64,000 nucleotides of DNA, taken from a bacterium. GTDB taxonomy: Bacteria; UBA8248. Positions 19,603-28,907 of the stretch are shown piece by piece. The notes under the pieces were generated by a model. The model was not told the origin of the DNA, made no database searches, and saw only the letters and a list, made by a program, of their open reading frames with translations. The stretch is taken from the NCBI GenBank assembly GCA_965203325.1, contig OZ241875.1:736001-800000 (forward strand), given 5' to 3'. The position numbers and the translations under genes were made by a program. How positions within the stretch are numbered: position 1 is the first letter of the stretch; each line of letters opens with the position of its first letter.

Positions 19603-20565
19603 ATGAGACACTCGCGACCAAACACACAGGCTTCATTCCGTGTTATGGCGCGCTCAGCGATGGTTCTCGTTGTTTTATCCACGCTCGCGTTGTCAGGTTG
19701 TCAAGTCCGTGAGGCTCCGAAAAAACTTCGCGTCGAGCAAAATTTCGTACTCAAGAAAGCACCAAGCAAGACGATCCCCACCATCCTCCCTGAAGATCTT
19801 AAGCTGACCAGAAGAAAATTAGTTGTTTCGATCGATGGTGAGAGGCACGAACTCGAAGCTTTAATCTTCACACCTCCCGGTCCAGGGCCGTTTCCGCTCG
19901 CGGTTATCTCACACGGGAACTCGCGCAACCAGAGGCGAGTCAAACTCACCAGGTACTTGGGAATCGCGGAGGATTTTGCGGAGCGTGGCTACAAGGCGGT
20001 CGTCTTTGCGCGACGTGGCGCCGCATCCTCCACGGGCGGCTATGTGGACAACATGTGGGGCTGTCAGCACCTAACAGCCGGGCGAACCTCGGCGGAGGAC
20101 TACACCGCCGTTATCAAGGCGCTCACAAATCGGCCGGATATCGATGGCTCCATCGTGGTCGCCGCCGGACAATCAGGAGGAGGGTTTGCGGTACTGGCGC
20201 TCGCTTCGCGGCCACCCCCCGGACTCGTCGGAGTCGTCAATTTCGCGGGCGGACGCGGTGGGAACCGCTATGACAATTTCTACAATTGCAATGAGTTCGG
20301 CCTCATCGATGCTTTTGCCGAGTTCGGCAGGACGGCCCGTATTCCGGCGCTTTGGCTCTATTCCACGACCGACCATTTCTTCTGGCCCGAGCTGGTCAAG
20401 CAGGGTTTTGACGCCTATGCCGGAGGCGGAGCGCCGGTGCGCCTGGAATGGTTCGGGCCGCTCTTGTACGCAGAGGACGGGCACAGGCTATACAGAGGTG
20501 ACGGGCAATATCTGTGGGGTCCACGCATTGGCGCTTTCCTGAAAGACATTGGCGCGCCGAACTAG
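19603..20565 (+). CDS. Dienelactone hydrolase-like alpha/beta hydrolase, probable lipoprotein
   Basis: LSGC lipobox, GPFPLAVISHG, GQSGGG, NFAGG, EDGH; start uncertain. Confidence 0.82.
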   Translation: MRHSRPNTQASFRVMARSAMVLVVLSTLALSGCQVREAPKKLRVEQNFVLKKAPSKTIPTILPEDLKLTRRKLVVSIDGERHELEALIFTPPGPGPFPLAVISHGNSRNQRRVKLTRYLGIAEDFAERGYKAVVFARRGAASSTGGYVDNMWGCQHLTAGRTSAEDYTAVIKALTNRPDIDGSIVVAAGQSGGGFAVLALASRPPPGLVGVVNFAGGRGGNRYDNFYNCNEFGLIDAFAEFGRTARIPALWLYSTTDHFFWPELVKQGFDAYAGGGAPVRLEWFGPLLYAEDGHRLYRGDGQYLWGPRIGAFLKDIGAPN

Positions 20566-20672
20566 AAGTCCGGTACTGGAGGTTAAACGTCACGCGGATT
20601 TATCCGGTTGGATGAGATGAACCTTGCTCGTGCTATAATTCGGCTCGAACCCATCACACAAGGAGAACTTTC

Positions 20673-20987
20673 ATGGCCGTTACCGCAGTTGTCCGCTTCC
20701 CGTTTCCCGAAGTTAAAACCGAGGAGGAGTTGATCGCGTCTTTCGAGAGTTCCTCGGCTCTCTACCGCGACGTGCCCGGCCTCTTGCGCAAATACTATCT
20801 GATGTCCGAAGACCGGAGGTCCGGGGGCGGGGTCTATATCTTCGAATCCCGCGCCGACGCCGAGCGGGTCCACGACGAGGTGTGGCGCGCCAGGCTGCGC
20901 GAGCGCATGGGGGTCGAGCCCGACGTCCAATACTTCGACTCGCCCGTCATCGTCGACAACGAAGCCAGGGCCGCTTCCACGGCATAA
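20673..20987 (+). CDS. YdhR-like putative monooxygenase (copy 1)
   Basis: VPGLLRKYYL, GGGVYIFESR. Confidence 0.88.
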   Translation: MAVTAVVRFPFPEVKTEEELIASFESSSALYRDVPGLLRKYYLMSEDRRSGGGVYIFESRADAERVHDEVWRARLRERMGVEPDVQYFDSPVIVDNEARAASTA

Positions 20988-20998
20988 GGAGATTGTAC

Positions 20999-21316
20999 AT
21001 GGCCGTCACCGCAATCGTTCGCTTCACGCTTCCCGAGGGAAAGACCCACGAGGATATGGCCGCGGCCTTCGAGCACTCGGCCCCTCTCTACCGCGACGTG
21101 CCGGGTCTGGTGCGCAAATACTATCTGGTGTCGGACGACGTGCGCACCGGAGGCGGGGTCTATCTGTTCGAGTCGCGCGAAGACGCCGAGCGGCTCTATG
21201 ACGACGCCTGGCGCGCCGGTATTCGCGAGCGCCTCGGCGTAGAGCCTGAGATCGAATACTTCACCTCGCCCGTCATTGTCGATAACGAAGCAGGGGCCAT
21301 CTCCACGGCGTCCTGA
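20999..21316 (+). CDS. YdhR-like putative monooxygenase (copy 2)
   Basis: AAGGAG RBS, ATG at 20999; VPGLVRKYYL, GGGVYLFESR; close paralog of the preceding gene. Confidence 0.88.
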   Translation: MAVTAIVRFTLPEGKTHEDMAAAFEHSAPLYRDVPGLVRKYYLVSDDVRTGGGVYLFESREDAERLYDDAWRAGIRERLGVEPEIEYFTSPVIVDNEAGAISTAS

Positions 21317-21423
21317 CCGCCCGGCGATTCGCGCTCCCCTTCGAAGGCGTCAGCCAAGCGAGTGGGAGCATCCGTCCTTCGCGTTCCGCCTGACGGAATG
21401 ACCGTACAAAGCCGGGAGGCTGT

Positions 21424-22050
21424 ATGCTCGGGGCCAATGCGCTGACCCTCTTCCTCGTCTTCCTGGTGTTCGCCGTGGGCGGGAGAATCGCGCTTCACTA
21501 CCTGGCCACCGGAGATCTCGGCATCCGCACGGTGAAGCGAACCGCTCCGAGAATCGCCACCTACACGAGCATCCTTATGCTCGCGTCATTCGCAGCTACG
21601 TTCCTTCTCTCCTTGCTCGACGCCACCGGGGAGATTCATCCGCAAATCGATCCCGGCGAGGCGGGGAGATCACTCGGCGCGGCCACCTCGCTTGCCGGAA
21701 TCACGATCATGGTCATTGCGCAATACCAGATGGGAACCGCGTGGAGGTTCGGTGTCGACCAGGCCGAGAAAACCGATTTGGTGACGGGTGGCCTCTACGC
21801 CCTCGTCAGGAACCCGATCTACAGCGGCGTGTTCCTGTTCTGCATCGGCATGCTGGTGTTGTTCCCGCACATATACATGCTGATTTACCTCGCCACGGCC
21901 TGGATGGGCATCGAGTTGCAGGTGCGTCACGTCGAGGAGCCGCATCTTCGGAACCTGCACGGCGCAGTTTATCAGGAATACGTCAACCAGACCGGCCGAT
22001 ATCTCCCGAGTCTCACTCACAAATCCGGGCGATCGGGGCCTGTTGAATAA
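21424..22050 (+). CDS. Isoprenylcysteine carboxylmethyltransferase (ICMT/PEMT) family membrane protein
   Basis: LVTGGLYALVRNPIY, EEPHL, Y..Y...TGRY; multiple TM segments. Confidence 0.9.
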   Translation: MLGANALTLFLVFLVFAVGGRIALHYLATGDLGIRTVKRTAPRIATYTSILMLASFAATFLLSLLDATGEIHPQIDPGEAGRSLGAATSLAGITIMVIAQYQMGTAWRFGVDQAEKTDLVTGGLYALVRNPIYSGVFLFCIGMLVLFPHIYMLIYLATAWMGIELQVRHVEEPHLRNLHGAVYQEYVNQTGRYLPSLTHKSGRSGPVE

Positions 22051-22497
22051 CCCGAAATCCGGCCCTTGGGGAGGGTGTGGTTTTGTTCGCCATTCCGGCG
22101 GTGGTCTCCCTCAAGCAAGCGGAGAGGAAAATCCCTCCCCTCTTGAGGGGCTGTTGAAAAAGCCTGAGAGAGGAAATTTGTTTGTGTGTAGGGGTCGCAT
22201 ACATGCGACCCTGATTTTTCGCCGCCCTGCGACGGGCCGCATGTATGCGGCCCCCACAAAACCATGATTCCCTCCGCCCCCCCTCCTCAAAGGGGTTTTT
22301 CAATAGGCCCTTGTCGGAGGGGGGTATAAAAAGGCGATACGCCCCCGCCGGGTTGAGGGACTTTGCTTTTTCTTGCCCCCCTGACAAGGGGGGGGTAGGG
22401 GGGGGTTGCTTTCAAAGAGGGAGGTCGGGGGTTCGCGCGAAATCGGCCTTCCCTCTAAAGGCAATGTCCCCCGACGGGGACTTTTTCAACAGCCTCG
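22035..22497. mobile_element. Nested MITE-like/REP composite
   Basis: Two left ends (GGCCTGTTGAA ~22037; GGGGCTGTTGAAAAAG 22147) and two right ends (TTTTCAATAGGCCC ~22310; CTTTTTCAACAGCC ~22494); internal GTAGGGG palindrome and TTGTC/GACAA repeat. Confidence 0.7.
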
Positions 22498-22509
22498 ATA
22501 AATACCGAT

Positions 22510-23337
22510 TCAGCCTACGAGCGCCTCCAAGCGCGCGCAGATTTCGGGGGAAAGCGCGCCGCCGCCAGAGGCCGCCGCGTTCTCGCTCATGCGGCCCGCC
22601 CTGCCGGTGGCGGGAATGACGCTGGAGACCCTCTCGTCGGCGAGAAGGTATTTCAGGAGCGCCTGCCCCGGCGTCCCGTCATGATGCGCTTTCAGTTCCG
22701 ACATCCGGGCGATGGAGCCTTCCGGCCCGAGCAGACCGCTCTTCAAGTGACTGAAAGGCCGCATGACGATTACGCCCAGGGCCATCTCCTGCGCCAGGGG
22801 CAGAACCTCCTCCCGGCACTGCACCTCGCCCAGATAATAGGGAATCTGGATCGCGTCGTACGCGCCCGTCCTCATGGCTTCGATGAGTTCGGGAAAATTC
22901 TCCGGCCGCCTGTCCGTGATTCCCAGATGGCGGATTCTGCCCTCTTTCTGAAACGCCTGAATCACGGGCGTCACTTCGCGCCAGCCCGCCATGTTGTGAA
23001 TCTGCAGGAGGTCTATCACGTCCGTACGCAGCCGTCTGAAGGAGCGTTCGATGCTAGCTCGCGCGGCGGAAGCGCTCGACTCCCACACCTTGGTCGCCAG
23101 GACGATCTTCTCCCGGCTCCCGGCCAGCGCCTCTCCCAGCACCCGCTCGGATTCCCCGTAAATAGGCGCGGTATCGAAGAAATTGATCCCGCAATCCAGG
23201 CATTCCCGGACGATCTCGGCGCACCGGGCGGGTTCGCTGCTCGCCATGTGCATGAAATTATGCGAAGTGCCGAGGCCGATCTCGCTTACTTCAAGCCCCG
23301 TCCTGCCCAGAATACGGTAGTTCATGTCTCTCCTCAT
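22510..23337 (-). CDS. Aldo/keto reductase
   Basis: LGRTGLEVSEIGLG, FFDTAPIYG, LATK, IDLLQIH. Confidence 0.93.
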   Translation of the reverse strand: MRRDMNYRILGRTGLEVSEIGLGTSHNFMHMASSEPARCAEIVRECLDCGINFFDTAPIYGESERVLGEALAGSREKIVLATKVWESSASAARASIERSFRRLRTDVIDLLQIHNMAGWREVTPVIQAFQKEGRIRHLGITDRRPENFPELIEAMRTGAYDAIQIPYYLGEVQCREEVLPLAQEMALGVIVMRPFSHLKSGLLGPEGSIARMSELKAHHDGTPGQALLKYLLADERVSSVIPATGRAGRMSENAAASGGGALSPEICARLEALVG

Positions 23338-23400
23338 CGATGTATTTTCAAGCCATCTACCTATGGCAACGCATACGACAGATGCCTCGAAACGAATGTT

Positions 23401-24687
23401 TCATTTCCGCGTTGCTCCCCACAAGCAACTCACCGGCAATGCATATCGACGTTCGCCGAAACCCAGCTTCTCTTCACCGAAATAGAAAACGATCGAGGTC
23501 ACTTTCCGGGTCTTTCCCGGACCTTCGCTGGCAAACCATTCCAAATGCCTGAAATCTTGACGGCTCACCGAGGAGGACGCTTTTACCTCAATGGCCGCCA
23601 CATCGTTTGCGCTCTCCGCAAGAATATCGATCTCCCGCCCCCGTTGGTCGCGCCAGTGATAGAAACGAAAACCGTTATTCTGGTAAGGCGCGGAACGCAA
23701 GAGTTCAGAAACAACAAAGCTCTCGAGCAATCCACCAAGTGCCTTGGGGTCGGCATCGGGATCGAATGATCGCGGCGTCAAGTTTCGTAGCGCCGCTGCT
23801 ATCCCTGTATCGGCGAAATGATGCTTTGCGTTCTTAATCTCGCGGCGGGCTTCTCCAGATGTCCAAGCACCCAGTTTGATGACCAGCGAAAGCCGTATCA
23901 GCACGTCAAGGTACTGTTCGATGGTATTCCGTTGCACACCGATAAGTTTGCAAAGCAACGAGATGTTGAGTTCGGAACCTGTACGAATGGCCAATTGATC
24001 AAGCAAACGCCGCAGGGCGTCACTTTTTCGGATACGGACGATATCGGAAACATCGCGATCCACCACCGTATCAACGTAATCGCGATAGACCTTCTGCCGC
24101 CTCCTGTTATCGAGATCCCGGATCCCGGGAAACCCTCCTCTCAGGGCGAGATCGATATAGTCCGCCCTCGCTGCAGTTTCCGGCGCCGGCAGATCGTTCA
24201 AGTTCGGCGATTTGGAGATCGCCCAATCAAGTATCTTCGACGGGCCACGCGACATCGTTTCGGCCACGGTCATCGGCCACAACTTCAGCGTCAACATGCG
24301 GCCGGCAAGCGAGTCGGCCACATGCAGCGTTGTGAAAATGTTAGAGGAGCCCGTGAGAACAAACTGCCCCTTTTGATTCCCGAGATCGACAATCCTCTTG
24401 ATCGCCAGCGACAGCTTCCCGGAGCGTTGAGCTTCGTCGATTACCAGCGGCCCATCTTTCAGTTCACCGACGAGCCGCTGCAACTGCCCCCATGGGTCGT
24501 CTTCGATTGCTTCCAACAACGCATCATCGTCGAGCGTGATGAATCTTCCATTCTGGAGAATGTCCCGAACGAACGTCGTTTTGCCCACCTGACGAGCCCC
24601 CACGATGTTGATCACACGTGAATAGCTCAGCGCGTCCAGCAATTCGGCGCTCAGGTGGCGTGGCAGGATCATTCTGTCCTCATTCAT
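23401..24687 (-). CDS. AAA+ ATPase (AAA_14) with C-terminal DUF4143 / PD-(D/E)XK-like domain
   Basis: GARQVGKTT, IDEAQ, LTGSS, GGFP, D.G, EIDIL...AIEVK. Confidence 0.92.
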   Translation of the reverse strand: MNEDRMILPRHLSAELLDALSYSRVINIVGARQVGKTTFVRDILQNGRFITLDDDALLEAIEDDPWGQLQRLVGELKDGPLVIDEAQRSGKLSLAIKRIVDLGNQKGQFVLTGSSNIFTTLHVADSLAGRMLTLKLWPMTVAETMSRGPSKILDWAISKSPNLNDLPAPETAARADYIDLALRGGFPGIRDLDNRRRQKVYRDYVDTVVDRDVSDIVRIRKSDALRRLLDQLAIRTGSELNISLLCKLIGVQRNTIEQYLDVLIRLSLVIKLGAWTSGEARREIKNAKHHFADTGIAAALRNLTPRSFDPDADPKALGGLLESFVVSELLRSAPYQNNGFRFYHWRDQRGREIDILAESANDVAAIEVKASSSVSRQDFRHLEWFASEGPGKTRKVTSIVFYFGEEKLGFGERRYALPVSCLWGATRK

Positions 24688-24705
24688 TTAACGCATCTAC
24701 GAAAC

Positions 24706-24825
24706 TGGTGAAATTGTCAATACAAATATGGTGAAATTTATATTACACATATGGTGAGATTGTCAATATAAATGTGGTGAAAGTGATATTATAAACACGG
24801 TGAAAGTGTTAATAGACTGCCGGTC
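24706..24825. repeat. Tandem array with 23-bp period and YGGTGAAA core
   Basis: Units start at 24706, 24729, 24752, 24775, 24798, with a degenerate sixth at 24821. Confidence 0.9.
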
Positions 24826-24948
24826 AATTTAGCAATTCGGCACACCGTCATGGATGTGCCGCGCCTATTCCCTATTCATCCGAGTGGACCAACCCTCTTG
24901 GGATAGCGCTAGAACTTACTTCGGACGAGGATTCAGGCGAGCTCCCCC

Positions 24949-25632
24949 TCACCCCGCCGCTCTCGATAAAATCTCGCGGTAACCCGCGTAGACCGCCTCC
25001 CCGTAGGCGGGCGGGGCGTGCACTTCGGTGAGCTTGCCGTCCTCAATCGTCTTATCCGAAGCGTAGGGATTGAATACGGCCTCCCCGCTCGGGAAGATGA
25101 GGGTGGGGCTCGTCATCGGCATGCTCTCTTCGTCCCTCAGGCGCATGGCCTCTCTGTAGTCGTCCATCACGCCCGCTTCGTATGCGCCCGCCTCCAGGTC
25201 CGCGCCCACTTTCGAGGCGTCGAGACCCGTTTCTTCCGCCATCTCGCACAAAACCGCGTCCTCATCCACGCGGCGTCCATCATAGAAAAAGCCGCGCCTG
25301 ATCCTGAGGTCGTAGACGCGCGCTTTTTCCGGGTCCTGCGCGTATGCGCTCGCGTAGGCCTGATAGGCGCGCAGCGTGGTTCTCAGGTATTCCTCGTGCG
25401 GCCAGCTTCTGCACGGCGAGAGCGGCTCCTGAACGGCGATGAGGGGCCATTCCTGGTCCACGATGTGGCGCGGCGCAGGGCGGTCGTTGATGATTTCCAG
25501 CGGGAACGCGCGCCACTTGAGATGCAGCCTGCCTTCGAACTCGGACATCACCTTGTCCAGCCGCGCCGCGGCCATATACGCCCAGGGTCAGTGGTATTCG
25601 TGAAAAATCTCGACAACCGCCGCATCCGCCAT
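24949..25632 (-). CDS. DsbA/FrnE-like thioredoxin-fold protein, predicted selenoprotein (UPW)
   Basis: ATG 25632 with GAGGG RBS gives MADAAVVEIFHEYH-TGA-PWAYMAAARL; TGA at 25590-25588 sits at the CPW Cys position; SPTL cis-Pro motif downstream. Confidence 0.85.
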
Positions 25633-25814
25633 CTCATACCCTCACAGATAAGAGAAAATATCTCAAGATGAAATCAGGGAGAGGCGCGTCCTCTCCCCTC
25701 CCCGATGATTTACACCCTCGTCTTCATAAAGGGCAAGCCGCTGTTTCCCCGCGAGCGCTTCATGCGCTCGATAAAAGCTGTGGTATCATGCCGAAAATCA
25801 AGGAGCCGCACGGA

Positions 25815-26231
25815 ATGAACCCTGAGGATCAGACAATTGCTTCATTGCTCGCCGAAGCCGAGACTATCGCCGTGGTCGGCCTCTCGGAGGATCCCTCGCG
25901 CACGAGCCACCGGATCGCCACGTATATGCAGGAGGCGGGTTACCGGGTCATTCCGATAAACCCCAGAATCGAATCCGCCCTCGGGGAGAAGGCATATTCA
26001 AGCCTGAATGAAGTCATCGAGCGCGTCGACATCGTAAACGTCTTCCGGCGTTCTGAGGAGATACCCGCCCTGGTGGATGAGGCGATAGAGAAGCGTCCGC
26101 GCGCGTTCTGGATGCAAAAAGGCATCTCGAATCCGGCCTCTGCGCGCCGCCTGGAGGCTGCGGGCATCACGGCGATCCAGGACCTCTGCATCAAGACCGC
26201 CCACCGGGAACTCGCCCAAACCCCTCGATGA
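25815..26231 (+). CDS. CoA-binding protein (YccU-like)
   Basis: IAVVGLS, GYRVIPINP, DIVNVFRRSE, WMQKGI. Confidence 0.93.
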   Translation: MNPEDQTIASLLAEAETIAVVGLSEDPSRTSHRIATYMQEAGYRVIPINPRIESALGEKAYSSLNEVIERVDIVNVFRRSEEIPALVDEAIEKRPRAFWMQKGISNPASARRLEAAGITAIQDLCIKTAHRELAQTPR

Positions 26232-26292
26232 GAATGGTACGCTGCGAATCTCGCAAAAAGTTCATCGCTATCTGCTCCTCGGCGCAGGCGCT

Positions 26293-27075
26293 TTGTTGGT
26301 CGTGGGAATGTTCGGGCTTTTAGAGAATTTCCTGCTCTATCATCCCTACCGGGAAATCGAGGTGACGCCCGGAAACTACGGCGTCGTTTACGAGAACGTC
26401 TCCTTCAGCGCAGAGGACGACGTGCGCCTGCACGGCTGGTACGTCGCGCCGAAAGACCCGGGCGGCCCGGTCCTCCTGTGGGCGCACGGCAACGCGGGCA
26501 ACCTCTCCCACCGCGCGGAGAACATCGCGCTCATCCAAAAAGAACTCGGTGCCGGCGTCTTCATCTTCGACTACCGGGGTTACGGGAAAAGCGAGGGCAA
26601 ACCGGGCGAGGAGGGCCTCTACGCCGACGGCAGGGCCGCGTACGCCTGGCTCGCCGAGCGCGTGCCGCCCGAGCGCATCTTCCTGTTCGGGCGCTCCCTG
26701 GGCGGGGCCGTGGTGGTGAAGCTCGCCGTGGAAGGAAAGAAAGCGCGCGGCCTGATTCTGGAGAGCCCCTTCGAGAACACCCTCGCCATGGGAAAGAAGA
26801 TGTTCCCCTTCCTGCCGGTGGGCTGGATCATCTCCTCCAAATTCGACAGCGCGGCCATGATCCCCGAAGTGAAGACCCCCCTGTTCGTCCTGCACGGGGA
26901 TAAGGACGGAATCGTCCCCTTCGCGCAGGGGAGGCGGCTCTACGAGGCGGCGGGTTCGCCGCACAAGCGGTTTTTCACCATCAAGGGAGCGGGCCACAAC
27001 GACACGTATTACACGGGGGGTGCGCCCTACTGGGCGGCGTGGCGGGATTTTCTAACCAACCCCGAGTCAAGGTGA
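26293..27075 (+). CDS. Alpha/beta hydrolase (ABHD13/17-like)
   Basis: HGNAGN, DYRGYG, GRSLGG, HGDKD, GHND; start uncertain. Confidence 0.92.
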   Translation: MLVVGMFGLLENFLLYHPYREIEVTPGNYGVVYENVSFSAEDDVRLHGWYVAPKDPGGPVLLWAHGNAGNLSHRAENIALIQKELGAGVFIFDYRGYGKSEGKPGEEGLYADGRAAYAWLAERVPPERIFLFGRSLGGAVVVKLAVEGKKARGLILESPFENTLAMGKKMFPFLPVGWIISSKFDSAAMIPEVKTPLFVLHGDKDGIVPFAQGRRLYEAAGSPHKRFFTIKGAGHNDTYYTGGAPYWAAWRDFLTNPESR

Positions 27076-27873
27076 ATCGGGGGTCGGGTTCGTCTTCCTG
27101 GCTTTGCGCCTCGCCCGGAACTCCTGCAGCAGCCTTTCATGGTGCACGCTCGTGAAGAAACTCTCGACGAACGAATCCACCGGATGGTTGATGAGGTTCT
27201 CCGGCGTGTCGACCTGGACGATTACGCCGTCGCGCATCACGGCGATCCTGTCGGCGATCTGAAACGCATCCGTTAAATCGTGCGTCACGAGCAGGCTGAT
27301 CGCCCCGATCTCGTCGTGCACTCTTCTCAGTTCTTTTCGGACCTCGAGCCTCGCGACCGGATCGATGTTCGCCAGGGGCTCATCGAGAAGAAAAACCTGC
27401 GGGGGGATGGCGATGGCGCGGCCGATGGCGACTTTTTGCTGCTGGCCCGCACTCAGGCTGTCCGGGCGGCGGCGGGACCACTTTTTGCTGATCCCCAGAC
27501 GCCGCATCACGTCCTGGGCGCGCTCGTTCAGGATGCCCGGCAGCCAGCGGCGGATTTTGAGCGCGAAACCCAGGTTCGAGTATTTCTTCTCGTCGAAAAC
27601 CCTCATGTGCGGCCAGAGGGCGTAGCTCTGGAAAACGAGCTGCACCCCGCGCCTTCCGGGCGGAATGCCGTTCAGCCGCACGCCGTCCAAATAAATGTGG
27701 CCGCCGTCCTCATCCTCCACGCCGGCGATGATGCGCAAAAGCGTCGATTTGCCGCAGCCCGTAGGACCGACGAGCACCATGAACTCCCGGTCTTCGAGCG
27801 CCAGGGAGAGATTGTCGATCGCGCAAACGTCGTCGAAATCTTTCTTGAGTCCCGTAATCGTCAGACGGCTCAT
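27067..27873 (-). CDS. ABC transporter ATP-binding protein (MalK-like)
   Basis: GPTGCGKS, FQSYALWPHM, LSAGQQQK, LLDEP, VTHD. Confidence 0.93.
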   Translation of the reverse strand: MSRLTITGLKKDFDDVCAIDNLSLALEDREFMVLVGPTGCGKSTLLRIIAGVEDEDGGHIYLDGVRLNGIPPGRRGVQLVFQSYALWPHMRVFDEKKYSNLGFALKIRRWLPGILNERAQDVMRRLGISKKWSRRRPDSLSAGQQQKVAIGRAIAIPPQVFLLDEPLANIDPVARLEVRKELRRVHDEIGAISLLVTHDLTDAFQIADRIAVMRDGVIVQVDTPENLINHPVDSFVESFFTSVHHERLLQEFRARRKARKTNPTPDSP

Positions 27874-27890
27874 CGTTCTCTCCGGCTCAT

Positions 27891-28235
27891 TCAGCCCTCA
27901 GGCGCCAGCTCGTTCAGCTTCTCGACGCCCGGCGTGAAGATCTCCTCGAGAACGAGCGGCCCATCGCCCGCGTTGCGCGTGGAGTGCTCCTGGTTCGGCG
28001 GAAAAACCACGACGCCGCCCGGCCCGAGGACCACTTCCTTCCCGCCGCACGCGAACTTCGCCGTGCCTTCGAGCACGATCGTCATCTGCTCGTTGGGGTG
28101 TGAATGGGGGTTGTACATGTCCACGCCGGCGCGAATCGTCTGGCGAAGCACGGTCAGGCGCTCGCCCGCCACCACGCGCTGAATCCTCTCCCCGGTGTCG
28201 TGCGCTTCCATTTCCTCGAAATTGTAATATTTCAC
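27891..28235 (-). CDS. Cupin domain protein
   Basis: HSHPNEQ...PNQEH cupin motifs; probable GTG start at 28235. Confidence 0.88.
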   Translation of the reverse strand: MKYYNFEEMEAHDTGERIQRVVAGERLTVLRQTIRAGVDMYNPHSHPNEQMTIVLEGTAKFACGGKEVVLGPGGVVVFPPNQEHSTRNAGDGPLVLEEIFTPGVEKLNELAPEG

Positions 28236-28382
28236 GTTCTTCTCCACCTGGAATGGATAAACTGTATGGAAACTTGGACTGCAGGGCAGCATCAGCAGCC
28301 GATTCATCGTATAGAAGTATTTGCATCCGCTCAAACCTTCTCCTAAAGTGTTCACAAGCCGTCTTATTCCTAGGAGACCACC

Positions 28383-28907
28383 ATGAAGCGAACCCTCATC
28401 TGCATCATCGCCATCGCCGTTCTCGCCGTGTTCTGGACGTTCTACCAGGCAGGCGCATCTGGACTCGGACCCGGCGCGCAAGCACCCGAACTCAAGGGCG
28501 GGCCCTGGATTGGCGGCGAGCCCGTAAAGCTCGCCGATCTGCGCGGCAAGGTCGTTCTCCTCGACATGTGGACGTTCGCCTGAATCAATTGCGTGCGGGA
28601 GATCCCCACGCTGCGCTCGTGGCACGAGCGCTATGAAGACAAGGGGCTGGTCGTCATCGGAAACCATGCGCCCGAATTCAATTTTGACCGGAAAAAAGAA
28701 AACATCGAAGAGGCCATGGCCAAGCTCGGCATCAAATACCGCGTCGTGATGGATAACGACTTCACCAACTGGGACGCCTTTCAGAATCGCTTCTGGCCGA
28801 CGAAATACCTGATCGACAAGAAGGGCGTCGTGCGCTTCAAGACGATCGGCGAGGGCAATCACGAGCGCACCGAAGCGATGATCATGAAGCTGCTCGCCGA
28901 AAAATGA
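28383..28907 (+). CDS. Membrane-anchored TlpA/DipZ-like redoxin, predicted selenoprotein (UxxC)
   Basis: Two ORF-track fragments join in frame: LRGKVVLLDMWTFA-TGA-INC-VREIP...HAPEF...WPTKYLIDKKG; TGA at 28581-28583. Confidence 0.9.
28591..28611 (+). promoter_or_regulatory. Candidate bacterial SECIS hairpin
   Basis: GCGTG-c-GGG-AGAT-CCC-CACGC begins at the 8th nt after the in-frame TGA. Confidence 0.6.

Noticed and set aside
24706..24825. CRISPR array interpretation of the 23-bp repeats
   Set aside because: The period is too short, the variable parts resemble each other rather than being unique spacers, and there are no cas genes in the window.
28383..28907. Genome-wide UGA reassignment or a simple pseudogene
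   Set aside because: Many genes here end properly at TGA. Both in-frame TGAs fall exactly on catalytic Cys positions in otherwise intact genes.
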